Source: a virus (taxonomy: Duplodnaviria > Caudoviricetes). Taken from it: a DNA stretch of 61,573 nucleotides. Where the stretch lies: the IMG/VR virus record IMGVR_UViG_3300036791_000517, positions 1 through 61,573 of that record; one strand, 5' to 3'. Positions 16,475-25,544 of the stretch are shown piece after piece (the first letter of the stretch is position 1; every line of letters begins with the position of its first letter). The notes under the pieces were generated by a model that was not told where the DNA came from, searched no databases, and saw nothing but the letters and a program-made list of their open reading frames with translations. Position numbers and translations under genes: made by a program.

Positions 16475-18370
16475 TCATTTACAATCGCCATAGCGCTGGC
16501 CCACGCCAACGTCACAGGCTAGCGGCAGGTTGGCCAGCCAGCTGGGTGGCCGGTTCATCTCCAATTCAGCCCAGATTTTCGCCGGTTCTACCTGGCTGAC
16601 AGGCACATGGTAGACCAGCTCGTCGTGCGCCGAATGGACCAGCCGAGCGCCTAAACTTTCCATCGGCACACGCAATCGGACCGCCGCCATCATGACGATA
16701 CAACGCGACAGATGCTGGCAAATCGTCTCCAGCAGAGAAGCGCCATAGGTCTTGCGGGTCTTGCGACCGTCACGGAAGAACCAGCCATTGAGTTCATAGT
16801 TGTAAGTTAGATCGGGGAAATAAATCGGCAACCCGGTCGGGCCGACCATCAGGTTCTTGTAGAACGTCACGCATTTTTTGGTCAACCCCTCGCCCTCGCC
16901 GATTTCCGGCAGGTCGGCCATCATCGACAGGATGCGGTCGAGCTCGCGCCAGGTACCGACAATGCGCTGCATGCGGGCGCGATAGGTGGTGACGGTGTCG
17001 ATCGCTGACTGATCGCTCAACACCACGGGCGTCTCAGTGTTGCGACTGTTCAGCCACACCGTGCGCTGGAATTTAAGCCAACCGCTGGCGTAGCCCAACT
17101 GCAGGATGCCGGTCTTACCGACGAAGCGTTCCGGCTTGTTGTCTTTGGTGATCGGACGACCGAACACCAAACTGGCGAAGGCCGCATAAACATCTTCGCC
17201 GCGCCGGAACTGCTCGACCAATTCCGTCTCGCCGCAGAACTCGGCAGCGACCCGTGCCTCGATCTGCTTGGCGTCAACCACCAGCAGGACGTAGCCGTCG
17301 TCAGCATAGATCGCCTGACGCAACTCCGATTCGCGCCCGAGGTTCTGCACGTTGAGATCCCAACCGCCGCCGAAGCGATGGGTGTGCGCCGCGCCGATGA
17401 TCACCGGCATGGGTAGACGGCAACGACCGTTGGGAAACTCCAGCTCGGCGATCTTGATAAAGCGTCTGCTGCGGGTTTCTTCGATGGTCGATTTGATTTC
17501 GAGCCGCGCCTCGACCACGCTTCGAACGACAAGGTTGGGATGTTCGAGCAGATCGATGAACTCCTGATCGCTCTTGGCGAAGGCGTAGGTCTGCTCCTGG
17601 GTGCGCGGCGAGGTTTTCATCGGCGGCTCGACTGCGAGCCTGCGCAGCACGTCGGCCAGCTTCTGGTTGCTCATCAGATCGCCCTTGGTGACGCCGAGCT
17701 GTTCGACCTGCGCCAGTGCCGCCGCTTTCTCTCTTAACACGGTGTCAAGGTGGCTGTGCAGCAGCACCTCGTCGACCTTGAGCACCGGCTCGGTCGTGCA
17801 GCGCGTGACCATGTCATGCAGCATCAGTTCGTCAGGCGGGACCAGCTGAAGCAGACGACGATAAATCTCGCGGCATAGCCAGGTATCGTGCAGGCAGTAT
17901 TCGACTTCGCGCTGCCACAGGTCACAGGCGATGATGTCGGCACGCGTCATGCCCTTCACTTCCTTGACCAGCGTGCCCTTGGCGGGCAGGCCGAAGTGAG
18001 CGGCGACGTCCTCAAGCCTGTGCGAGGGCAGGAGCGGGCCGAGCATGGTGCGCGACAGGGCGATGGTGTCGACGATGAAATCGGGGATGAAGTCGAAGCG
18101 CCATGCCATCACTGCCATGTCGAACTGAGCGTTGTGGCTGATCATGGCAATCTGCTTGCCCCAGCGTTGCTGGAATTTAAGCGACGCGATGAAGGTGGGG
18201 ATTTCCGGCCCGTCGATCAGCATTGGCGGATCGACAAGGTTAGCCACGCCAAGGCAGATCGCCTCGAAGCGCGGGTCAAGGATATACTCGGCCGGTGAGA
18301 TTTTCTTGAGCGAGTATTCCTGGGTGTAGAACGATTCATAATCGCAGAATAGCGCGATGACTGGGTCCAT
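16475..18370 (-). CDS. polA: Family A DNA polymerase with 3'-5' exonuclease
   Basis: DYES (ExoI), HNAQFD (ExoII), YCLHD (ExoIII), DAKQIEAR (motif A), RFVGKTGILQLGY (motif B), HDELV (motif C). Confidence 0.95.
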   Translation of the reverse strand: MDPVIALFCDYESFYTQEYSLKKISPAEYILDPRFEAICLGVANLVDPPMLIDGPEIPTFIASLKFQQRWGKQIAMISHNAQFDMAVMAWRFDFIPDFIVDTIALSRTMLGPLLPSHRLEDVAAHFGLPAKGTLVKEVKGMTRADIIACDLWQREVEYCLHDTWLCREIYRRLLQLVPPDELMLHDMVTRCTTEPVLKVDEVLLHSHLDTVLREKAAALAQVEQLGVTKGDLMSNQKLADVLRRLAVEPPMKTSPRTQEQTYAFAKSDQEFIDLLEHPNLVVRSVVEARLEIKSTIEETRSRRFIKIAELEFPNGRCRLPMPVIIGAAHTHRFGGGWDLNVQNLGRESELRQAIYADDGYVLLVVDAKQIEARVAAEFCGETELVEQFRRGEDVYAAFASLVFGRPITKDNKPERFVGKTGILQLGYASGWLKFQRTVWLNSRNTETPVVLSDQSAIDTVTTYRARMQRIVGTWRELDRILSMMADLPEIGEGEGLTKKCVTFYKNLMVGPTGLPIYFPDLTYNYELNGWFFRDGRKTRKTYGASLLETICQHLSRCIVMMAAVRLRVPMESLGARLVHSAHDELVYHVPVSQVEPAKIWAELEMNRPPSWLANLPLACDVGVGQRYGDCK

Positions 18371-18383
18371 ATTGCACCTGGAC

Positions 18384-18414
18384 AAAAAAGGGGGCTGCCC
18401 GGTAAGGCAGCCCC
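18384..18414 (-). terminator. Intrinsic terminator directly upstream of polA
   Basis: Minus strand ggggctgcc-ttaccg-ggcagcccc followed by T6. Confidence 0.75.
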
Positions 18415-18430
18415 GAGGTTAAATCAAAAT

Positions 18431-18604
18431 TCAACTGATGTCTTTGAGGTAGCGCAGCAGATCTTCCTTGCAGTCAGTCACTGCTACGCCATTGCCGTAG
18501 CGATCGCTGATGTTAACAGCGACCGATTTTACGTAGGTTTCCCACGCATCGGTGAGCGCTTCGATGCGCTTATAAAGTTCGTTGTACTCTTGTCTGGTTA
18601 ACAT
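18431..18604 (-). CDS. Small hypothetical protein (57 aa, not in ORF track)
   Basis: MLTRQEYNELYKRIEAL...LKDIS. GAGG SD. The start lies within a family A palindrome. Confidence 0.55.
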   Translation of the reverse strand: MLTRQEYNELYKRIEALTDAWETYVKSVAVNISDRYGNGVAVTDCKEDLLRYLKDIS

Positions 18605-18608
18605 GATG

Positions 18609-18833
18609 TCAATGCCTCATCTGCTCGATGGTAATCGAATGGATGTCGTACGGTCCCGAGCAACCCCTGCCGGGTTTGCCGTAGACCGCTTGACCCTGCG
18701 TCAACTGCTGAAAGCTGTCGCGCATGGCGAGGTCGAAAGCGTACACAAAGTCAGCCTCGACGACGCCCTTGGTCGTCCATGTCTGGCCGCCAGCACCGCT
18801 GCCCTTGATGGTGTAGTGGTAAGTTTTAACCAT
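18609..18833 (-). CDS. Hypothetical protein
   Basis: GGGGA SD, MVKTYHYTIKG... Confidence 0.6.
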   Translation of the reverse strand: MVKTYHYTIKGSGAGGQTWTTKGVVEADFVYAFDLAMRDSFQQLTQGQAVYGKPGRGCSGPYDIHSITIEQMRH

Positions 18834-19038
18834 CGTGTCCCCCAGTAACATCATCCGTAAAATAATTGTGCAGCCACCATTGGAAGATGTGATTCTCATA
18901 ACGCTGACGGACAGGGTACCCGGCCTTGCGTAGCAGCGCGGCTATCTCATTCAAGGTCTCTGATGTCCATTCTTTACCGTCGAGCAGACTTTGAATGTTC
19001 GCAATCAGATCAGTCAGTTGATTCATTCGATCGATCAT
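18826..19038 (-). CDS. Hypothetical protein
   Basis: GGGAG SD, fits the tight gene chain. Confidence 0.55.
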   Translation of the reverse strand: MIDRMNQLTDLIANIQSLLDGKEWTSETLNEIAALLRKAGYPVRQRYENHIFQWWLHNYFTDDVTGGHDG

Positions 19039-19050
19039 AGTGATCTCCCT

Positions 19051-19242
19051 TCATGATGCTGGTACCGGGCGCCAAACGCTGATGATCTCTTCGTTACGAA
19101 CGCGCAGCGGCGCATCGCCGGTTGGCGTCGGGATCATCCCAATGACACCCCACGAATGCACTTCTTCTATGATCAGCAGCAGGCCATTGGCCCAATGCTC
19201 ACCAGTGTTAAGGCGAATAACGTCGCCGATCTGTGGCTTCAT
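19051..19242 (-). CDS. Small SH3/KOW-like hypothetical protein
   Basis: IGDVIRL...LLIIEEVHSWGV beta-barrel pattern. ATGA overlap. Confidence 0.6.
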   Translation of the reverse strand: MKPQIGDVIRLNTGEHWANGLLLIIEEVHSWGVIGMIPTPTGDAPLRVRNEEIISVWRPVPAS

Positions 19243-19631
19243 GGTCTGCCCTCGCGTCGCTTAACCTCTGGGGTTGGTGCCATCTGATTGATCTCCCCGA
19301 TGCTGAGCGGCTTGCGCCATTGGATTGAATGCCGCTCAAATTCTTTGATCAGCTTCTCGTTCGTGCCAAGCACGCGCGTGTAGTGATAGCAAAGCGTCTG
19401 CAGGTGACGCCGTGTCTTGCGGTCCCAACGGGACACTTCCACCAGTGGCTGAACCGCCAATGACAAATGCCATAGCGGCCGCCCTCCGGCGTAAACGGTT
19501 CATTCCATGCCGATGTTGACCGTCAGCACAGCGCTAACATCATGCTCCATGAACCAGCTGTGTCCGGTCAGTATATGCTTCTCCGGATCGAACACCGGGT
19601 GAGCCAGGGCGAAAATCGCTTGTTTGTGCAT
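19239..19631 (-). pseudogene. Gene interrupted by an in-frame TGA (pseudogene or readthrough)
   Basis: GAGGAG SD + ATG 19631. Reads MHKQ...NIGME-TGA(19502-19500)-TVYAGGRPLWHLSLAV..., in the same frame as the ORF ending at 19239. Confidence 0.55.
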
Positions 19632-19658
19632 TTTACTTTCTCCTCTCTTGACATGATG

Positions 19659-21020
19659 TCAACTTTGCTCGCTGCGTTTGACGACGTAGTCGTGGTGGAC
19701 CCAGCCGAGTGATGGATCACCCCGGACGTGCTCGTGGATCAGTCGCGAGTACGCCATGCACTTACCGCACAGGCGGTAACCTTCCTCGTAGTCGTAGGTC
19801 CAGTCATGCTCGTCGGGCCTGCACCAAGCCTTGGGCAGGTCAGGCATGTAGGTGCGCCAGTGCGAGCGCACCGGGTGAGCCTTGTGCTTGCGTGATGTAT
19901 TGCGCAGGTAACGCTCGATGTACGGCACCGGCTTGGTCTTAGGCAGGCGCAAGGTCACCCGATGATAGTCGAGCGCCTTCACCTTGCCCGTCAGTCCGGT
20001 GCGCACCTGATGCATGGGCTGGACATAGTTGGTCCTGACCGGCACCTCGTTCAGCATGGCCAGCACGGTGACGATCCAGCGCATCATGCCGGTGAACTCG
20101 GTGGTCTCGGTTATAATCAAGTCAGCGATTACATCACCGGCATTGCGTCGATCACCGACGATCGCCGCGATGATCCCGCGCATGCGTCCGGTGCCGAGAG
20201 CGCCATGACGCAGGAGATACTGCGGCAGGCGCAGGCTCTTCATGTCGTCGAGCGTGTCGATCACCGTGCTCTTGCCTTTCTCAGAGTAGCCCCACAGCGA
20301 CGCCGCACCGAGCGTTGCCATCACATGGCTATCGGCACGCTCAGGCAGCATCGGCACGCAGCCTTTATCTCTGCCCTCCGTCATGGTGAAGACATGCTCG
20401 CGGGTCGAGAAGAAATAGCAGATGGTCGTGCCGATCAAACCGTAGTTGCCGTGCGTCTCGCAGATCATCTCGATCACGGCCTCGGTGTCGCTCAGACGCC
20501 GGATCAAACAACCCAGCCGGTTGGCTACATCGTCATATTTGAACTTGCTGTCATCCATGTTGTGGAGGGCGCGCATGGTCCGCACTTTGGTCAGCAAGTC
20601 GAACTCGATCCACGTCGTCTCGTACGGCATGGTGGCGAACTGCACGCGGTAGAGCAGCTTCTCCGGCTTGCAGGTCGAGCTCACCTCGGTGGCGTAGCGC
20701 ACGAACTCGTTGTCGAGCACGAAGCGCTGCGCCTGACGCATGTCATGCCGGTAGGATTGTAGAAGCGGCTCGATCTTTTTCGCATCATGTGCCTTCAGCC
20801 AGAGCCGCTTAGGCAGCGTGTAGGTCGCGGCGACGAACTGGTCGGCCAGTGATGTCTCTTCTCGCAGTGCCTGCTCAGCCATTGCTTGGGCGCGCGGGTT
20901 GCCCGACAGCAACGCCTCGGCGAAATCCATGGCGGGCGACTTGCCGCCAGTCACGCTGGGTATCTCACCCGGCTGCCATTGAATAGTGCCTGACTTGATC
21001 GTCTTTGGTGGTTTAGACAT
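19659..21020 (-). CDS. Conserved hypothetical phage protein (HxVRxHWR / HVRGDP motifs)
   Basis: 453 aa with GAGGAGG SD. C-terminal HPVRSHWR...C..C...HVRGDPSLG. Confidence 0.85.
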   Translation of the reverse strand: MSKPPKTIKSGTIQWQPGEIPSVTGGKSPAMDFAEALLSGNPRAQAMAEQALREETSLADQFVAATYTLPKRLWLKAHDAKKIEPLLQSYRHDMRQAQRFVLDNEFVRYATEVSSTCKPEKLLYRVQFATMPYETTWIEFDLLTKVRTMRALHNMDDSKFKYDDVANRLGCLIRRLSDTEAVIEMICETHGNYGLIGTTICYFFSTREHVFTMTEGRDKGCVPMLPERADSHVMATLGAASLWGYSEKGKSTVIDTLDDMKSLRLPQYLLRHGALGTGRMRGIIAAIVGDRRNAGDVIADLIITETTEFTGMMRWIVTVLAMLNEVPVRTNYVQPMHQVRTGLTGKVKALDYHRVTLRLPKTKPVPYIERYLRNTSRKHKAHPVRSHWRTYMPDLPKAWCRPDEHDWTYDYEEGYRLCGKCMAYSRLIHEHVRGDPSLGWVHHDYVVKRSEQS

Positions 21021-21037
21021 GACTTCCTCCTCATGGA

Positions 21038-21066
21038 ATTATACTTCCCCCTTGACACCATGTCAA
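21038..21066 (-). promoter_or_regulatory. Perfect-consensus sigma70 promoter with family A palindrome as -35
   Basis: Minus strand TTGACA-TGGTGTCAAGGGGGAAG(17)-TATAAT upstream of gene 21020. Confidence 0.9.
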
Positions 21067-21080
21067 GAGGGAAGTCTCGG

Positions 21081-21170
21081 TTATTTCTTGCCGAACGTGC
21101 GGACCAACACCACGGCAAAGATCGTACAGCAGATGAGAAACAATGCGATCAGCCAGCACAGGCAGATCAT
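21081..21170 (-). CDS. 29-aa single-TM peptide
   Basis: MICLCWLIALFLICCTIFAVVLVRTFGKK. ATGA overlap with the upstream gene. Confidence 0.4.
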   Translation of the reverse strand: MICLCWLIALFLICCTIFAVVLVRTFGKK

Positions 21171-21472
21171 TTCTTGCCGTTTCTCATTTTCGCCCACACG
21201 CGCTGATAGCCGATGGCCCGTCCGGCTGCTTCGAGCGTGGCGTTCTGCGGTCGTCGGGTCTTACCCTCGAACCACTGCTTGACGGTACCGGCTGATGGCC
21301 CGCCTTGCTCTTCGACTTCCTTGTAATCGGCACGAGCAAGGTTACGTTTGCCGAAATGGTCCTGCATGATGGTGCGGATCGCGTCTATTGCAGGATCTTT
21401 ATTTACAAAAACGTACGCCTGATAAATTCTCATTGTACCTTTTGGCGTGCGCTCTGTTGGCCGTTTACTCAT
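21167..21472 (-). CDS. XRE/Cro-like helix-turn-helix protein
   Basis: YKEVEEQGGPSAGTVKQWFEGKTRRPQNATLEAAGRAIG. TAATG coupling. Confidence 0.75.
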   Translation of the reverse strand: MSKRPTERTPKGTMRIYQAYVFVNKDPAIDAIRTIMQDHFGKRNLARADYKEVEEQGGPSAGTVKQWFEGKTRRPQNATLEAAGRAIGYQRVWAKMRNGKK

Positions 21473-21879
21473 TATTTCCTCCATCGCACGCGGTTATTAG
21501 CTGCGATTTTTGCTTTCGCCTCTGCTGTATGTTTCAGCCCAATATGACCAGCTGATCTCACTGATCTCGCAACAGGATTGCGCTTGTACATATCGTTCAC
21601 GTTCATAGTCTGGGTTCCTTTGTAGAGATGTTTCGGATCGACGCACCATTCATGGTCACACGTATGCAATACGAGATCGCGCTTCATGCTTGCTGGTGTG
21701 CGAGGGATTGGCGCTATGTTAAGATGATAGGAAAGTCGTGACGGTTTCCACGGCTCGCCTTCATACATGATTTGCTTGCGACCTTTGGTGCACGGACCAG
21801 CCATTTTTCGATGGCCAATCTTTTTCTTAAAAATCGCAAGGCATTTGCCGACTCGAACAGTAGGCCGGGGAAACTTCAC
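21472..21879 (-). CDS. HNH homing endonuclease with NUMOD3-like tail
   Basis: VLHTCDHEWCVDPKHLYKGT..N..D and G.KHTAEAKAKI. Confidence 0.85.
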   Translation of the reverse strand: MKFPRPTVRVGKCLAIFKKKIGHRKMAGPCTKGRKQIMYEGEPWKPSRLSYHLNIAPIPRTPASMKRDLVLHTCDHEWCVDPKHLYKGTQTMNVNDMYKRNPVARSVRSAGHIGLKHTAEAKAKIAANNRVRWRK

Positions 21880-22262
21880 TTGGCATCCTTAGACGGCACC
21901 AGCCGCCACAGATTGCCTGGGCCACCGAGCACCTTTGGTCCTTTCTTGATCAGACCACGAGCGACTGCGTTGTTGATGTAGTGGCTATAACTCGTCTGAG
22001 CGAGACCGAGCTTGCCGATGATCTCGCGCGCCTGACCGCCGGTTATCTCAGTCAAATTGTGGTTGTGCATGTAATCGATCAACAACTCATGCGCCCGACC
22101 TGACTTGGGATGGCGCGGCTGGTTCGGTTGCTTCGGTTTCGTCCCGTTCAGCGGGTTAGTGCCTGCCACCGGCAGGACATTGAGATCGCGCGCCAAGCCT
22201 GCCAGAGCATGCATGACAGTCGCCAGGTTTTTGTCGTCCACTAGGAATTCGATGCGGAACAC
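21876..22262 (-). CDS. Putative winged-helix DNA-binding protein
   Basis: GLAQTSYSHYINNAVARGLIKK...G..WRL. AAGGAG SD. Confidence 0.55.
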   Translation of the reverse strand: MFRIEFLVDDKNLATVMHALAGLARDLNVLPVAGTNPLNGTKPKQPNQPRHPKSGRAHELLIDYMHNHNLTEITGGQAREIIGKLGLAQTSYSHYINNAVARGLIKKGPKVLGGPGNLWRLVPSKDAK

Positions 22263-22384
22263 GGTTATCTCCTTGGTTTGCGTTACAGGTCATTCATCGT
22301 CGAGCCAATACATCGCTGCCCTCACAATCACACAGAGCGCGATGAAGAACAGCAATGCATAGACATCTTGGTCATCCACGAATG

Positions 22385-23014
22385 TCAGCCTCCATAGTTA
22401 GAGAGAAGTTCCTTGTCGAACAACGCAATCGCCAGCTGGGTCGTTTCATCGACCATCCAGCTGAACGTTTTATAAGTTGGTTCGACCCAGTACGGCATGA
22501 GCCTGGCGCCACGCAGGTACTGCTCCATGCCAGGCGCCACATCCTCAAGATGATTGGCATCGAAACCGAGCCACCACAGGCCGTGCGGGCAGTCGTCGTG
22601 GCACAGCGTGTGCACACGAATCCATTCGGACCAGCCGACAAAGGTCGACGTGTCGCCCTTGCGATCCTCGCGCAAGTGCCGGGCCGAGTCGCCTTGCGGC
22701 CACACCAGACTCTCGGTCAGCCACTTCTCGCGGATCAAGCGGTAACGGATCCATTCATCCTCGGCCAACGGATGACAGTAGGCGGCGTAGGTCAGACCGC
22801 CATGCACGGTGACGTCGACCTCTTTGTAATCCTTGCCTGCCAGCGGATGGTTGGGGTTGAGCCCGACATAACCGCACCAGCTACCTATTGGACCACGCCG
22901 GATCGTGCAGCGTGCGCCAGTTGTTTCCTCGACCCAGATCGCCCGGTCGGGTTCGTCATCCCAGGGACCGCTCGGCCAACCCGCGCGGTCAACGATGTTG
23001 TCGAATGTATCCAT
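22385..23014 (-). CDS. Conserved phage protein (CGYV / VHGGLT / GFDxxH family)
   Basis: GSWCGYVG...HP...VHGGLTY...WWLGFDANH. Confidence 0.8.
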   Translation of the reverse strand: MDTFDNIVDRAGWPSGPWDDEPDRAIWVEETTGARCTIRRGPIGSWCGYVGLNPNHPLAGKDYKEVDVTVHGGLTYAAYCHPLAEDEWIRYRLIREKWLTESLVWPQGDSARHLREDRKGDTSTFVGWSEWIRVHTLCHDDCPHGLWWLGFDANHLEDVAPGMEQYLRGARLMPYWVEPTYKTFSWMVDETTQLAIALFDKELLSNYGG

Positions 23015-23532
23015 CAGTGTTCGGTTGGTTTATCGACCGCCATACGGCCGGTGATGAACGAATCCTTCGCCCTATTGTCGAGGATGTGTGGTGCAGCAAG
23101 CTTGCGGGTCTTGGGATCGATCAGGCAGATCGCCATGATCTGCTCGCTGCCGTGGATAACACTGAACATCACAGCTTCCTTGCGATCGGGATGTTCGGAA
23201 ATGCCTTCCTCTGCAGGACGACCTTTGGTGTAGTCATCGACACTTTTCCGGTCGTCACTTATCAGTGTCCAGATCTCGCTGATAAAAATGACACCAGCAA
23301 CGGCGTCGACATTTCTGGCCAGAGATTTCTGCAGACCGGCGACGACGTCTTTCGATTCGATCGAACCGAAATCAGCAACGCCCACTGGCATGACTTCACC
23401 GCCGTAACCACACACCAGCAGCATTGGCGAATGCTGATCGCCGGAACTGACAATCTTCTGCGCGCCGTCAATCAGCTTAGGCAGCAGCTTGTCCAGCCAT
23501 TTGCGGAAATCAAACCCTATTGGCTCATGCAT
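23014..23532 (-). CDS. Hypothetical protein
   Basis: AAGGAG SD fused to a family A palindrome. SEIW...HPDRKEAV. Confidence 0.75.
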   Translation of the reverse strand: MHEPIGFDFRKWLDKLLPKLIDGAQKIVSSGDQHSPMLLVCGYGGEVMPVGVADFGSIESKDVVAGLQKSLARNVDAVAGVIFISEIWTLISDDRKSVDDYTKGRPAEEGISEHPDRKEAVMFSVIHGSEQIMAICLIDPKTRKLAAPHILDNRAKDSFITGRMAVDKPTEH

Positions 23533-23599
23533 TTTAATCTCCTTGATATAATGTCAAGAGAAAAGTCCCCCGGCGACACCGCCGCCGGGGGTCGTCATG

Positions 23600-24103
23600 C
23601 TAATCCGCCTCGACTTCCTCGCGGAGTGGCGGCGTCTTCTCGGCCTCAACGATCGCCTTGTTGAGAACCTTCATGCCTGCAATGACCTTGCGCACGCCCT
23701 TGTCCTTGCGGACCTTGCGGTGCTTGGTCATCTGCACGCCACGCTCGATCCAACTGAGCTGGACCAAGCTGCCATCGGGCAGCTTGATGGCATCGGCGGC
23801 ATAGGGACCGTCCGACCATTTCACCAACGTGACCTTGAAGGTCTTGTTGTGCCACGCCAGCAGCTGCTTGCGAGGCACTCGACCGTTGTAGGGCTGGCCG
23901 ATCCAGTCCGTAGGACCGAAAATGTCACCCTTGCGAATGAATTGCAGGTTTTCAACCTGCATCTCGCTGCCCGAGCGGACGCAGCGGATGCTGCCATTCT
24001 CGTCGAGCAGGACAGCGTGGTGCTGATAGTCGCCGCGGGTCAGGACTTCCCCGACCCTAGCCTTTTCGATCTTTTGTCCAATGGACAAGCTATAGAGGCA
24101 CAT
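23600..24103 (-). CDS. MCxYS-type hypothetical protein, paralog 1
   Basis: MCLYSL...RCV...DAIKLPDGSLVQLSWIERG. Confidence 0.75.
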   Translation of the reverse strand: MCLYSLSIGQKIEKARVGEVLTRGDYQHHAVLLDENGSIRCVRSGSEMQVENLQFIRKGDIFGPTDWIGQPYNGRVPRKQLLAWHNKTFKVTLVKWSDGPYAADAIKLPDGSLVQLSWIERGVQMTKHRKVRKDKGVRKVIAGMKVLNKAIVEAEKTPPLREEVEAD

Positions 24104-24233
24104 GATAACTTTCTCCTTGACATGATGTTAACGCTCTACAGATCGGCCACGATTACGTGTCCGTACGCTACGCCACGCTACGCATCGGCCGCATAGATCC
24201 TTCGCAAATGCTCAGGATGACGATCACGGATCG

Positions 24234-24530
24234 TCAATCCATGCGGCAGATTTCCCAGGTGTTGTCGGGTTGCAGCACCATCACCCAGGCTGATGGGAAC
24301 AGCATGATGATCTCGTTGCGGAACATCATGATGCTCAGCGCCTTCATGGGTGGGTCGCCGGGATAGCTCAGGATCTCGGTATCAGGATCGAAGGTGAAGC
24401 CTTCGAACGGTTGCCATCCGGCGATGTAGCGCGCATTGAACTGCTCGCGCGCACCGCGCTCGTCGCTCTCGTCGAGAAAGCCGGGGATCAAACCCCAGTC
24501 TTCCGGATCGCCGCCGATCATGACAATCAT
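24234..24530 (-). CDS. Conserved hypothetical phage protein
   Basis: GLIPGFLDE.D...AREQFN..Y..GW...YPGDPP...RMD. Confidence 0.75.
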   Translation of the reverse strand: MIVMIGGDPEDWGLIPGFLDESDERGAREQFNARYIAGWQPFEGFTFDPDTEILSYPGDPPMKALSIMMFRNEIIMLFPSAWVMVLQPDNTWEICRMD

Positions 24531-24754
24531 CGGACATTCTCCCGACGTGCGGCGATGCCGAAATAGCGCAGGTGCTTGACCACAAGCGGCCCCTGATCGT
24601 CCGGCACCTCGAACTCCAAGTCGCGTAGCGGGTTACCGATCAGCAGTGTGCCAGAGGTCAGCACCTCGCCGTGACATTCCTTGATGATGCGTTGAACTTG
24701 AACATCGGTATCGTCACCGGCATGACCGGCAAACTTTATCGCGTATCGCAACAT
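24527..24754 (-). CDS. Hypothetical protein
   Basis: GGAGG SD inside family B palindrome 24758-24772. Confidence 0.6.
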   Translation of the reverse strand: MLRYAIKFAGHAGDDTDVQVQRIIKECHGEVLTSGTLLIGNPLRDLEFEVPDDQGPLVVKHLRYFGIAARRENVR

Positions 24755-24774
24755 GATTAACCTCCGGGGTTTTG

Positions 24775-24969
24775 CTAGCTCAGTTTTGTGTAGGCTTGCA
24801 CGATGCAAATCTTGTCATCCCAGCTTGTGCCATCGTGCTTGCCCTTGGTGTCGACGTTGACGTCAAACATGCTGCGAGTGAGCGAACTCACCTCGCCGAC
24901 GACGACGTCGAGGTCGCCGAAGCGCGCTTGCGTTTCCTGCAAGCGAATGATTAGGTTGCTGATTTTCAT
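24775..24969 (-). CDS. Small hypothetical protein (MKISxLIxxLQ type)
   Basis: MKISNLIIRLQETQARFGDLDV. AAGGA SD. Confidence 0.65.
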   Translation of the reverse strand: MKISNLIIRLQETQARFGDLDVVVGEVSSLTRSMFDVNVDTKGKHDGTSWDDKICIVQAYTKLS

Positions 24970-24981
24970 GGCTCAGTCCTT

Positions 24982-25200
24982 TCAGCCTGCCGTCTTGACG
25001 AACTTGCCATTCGATTGCTGGGTGTATTCCTGCCCGCGACCGGTGCCGAGACTGGCACGGGTCTGCTTGAAGCACCGCTCGCAGAGCGTTGCCCAATGAC
25101 CGTCACGCGTGACGCGTGCGTCGTACAGTTTGCCTTTGATTTGCGCGACGCAGTTGTTGCATCGTGTATCTCCCGTCCACATCTTAGCAATCGCTTTCAT
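24982..25200 (-). CDS. Small zinc-finger protein
   Basis: CNNC...YDA...G.WATLCERC...LGTGRGQ.Y. GGGAG SD. Confidence 0.7.
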   Translation of the reverse strand: MKAIAKMWTGDTRCNNCVAQIKGKLYDARVTRDGHWATLCERCFKQTRASLGTGRGQEYTQQSNGKFVKTAG

Positions 25201-25212
25201 ATCGCTCTCCCG

Positions 25213-25413
25213 TTAAGTGAGAAGTTTTACAACGTGGTACGCAAACAATACGATGTTGAGAAACAACACCGCATAACACAGCAGCACGACGCGCAGGCTG
25301 CCCAACCAGCCGCGCGGCGGTCGCAGATATGCCTCGATCATCAGACCGGCAGAGATCAGGTTGATTGCCGCCGATAGGCCCGTCGAACTGACCGGCAAAA
25401 CGGGCCAGTTCAT
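25213..25413 (-). CDS. Small membrane protein
   Basis: MNWPVL... with two hydrophobic stretches. Start uncertain. Confidence 0.45.
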   Translation of the reverse strand: MNWPVLPVSSTGLSAAINLISAGLMIEAYLRPPRGWLGSLRVVLLCYAVLFLNIVLFAYHVVKLLT

Positions 25414-25544
25414 CGGTGCCTTCTGATTTTGCGACGCCATCGGCGATAGATCACCCACGCGCTCCACCACGGCAGCACGAGGAGGGTGGCGATTGCCGTG
25501 GCGACGAGGGTTGCCGTCCATAGCAGGATGTTTTTCATCACAGG

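Noticed and set aside
19500-19502. Genome-wide stop-codon reassignment
   Set aside because: TGA, TAA and TAG all terminate well-defined genes elsewhere, and only one interrupted gene was seen.
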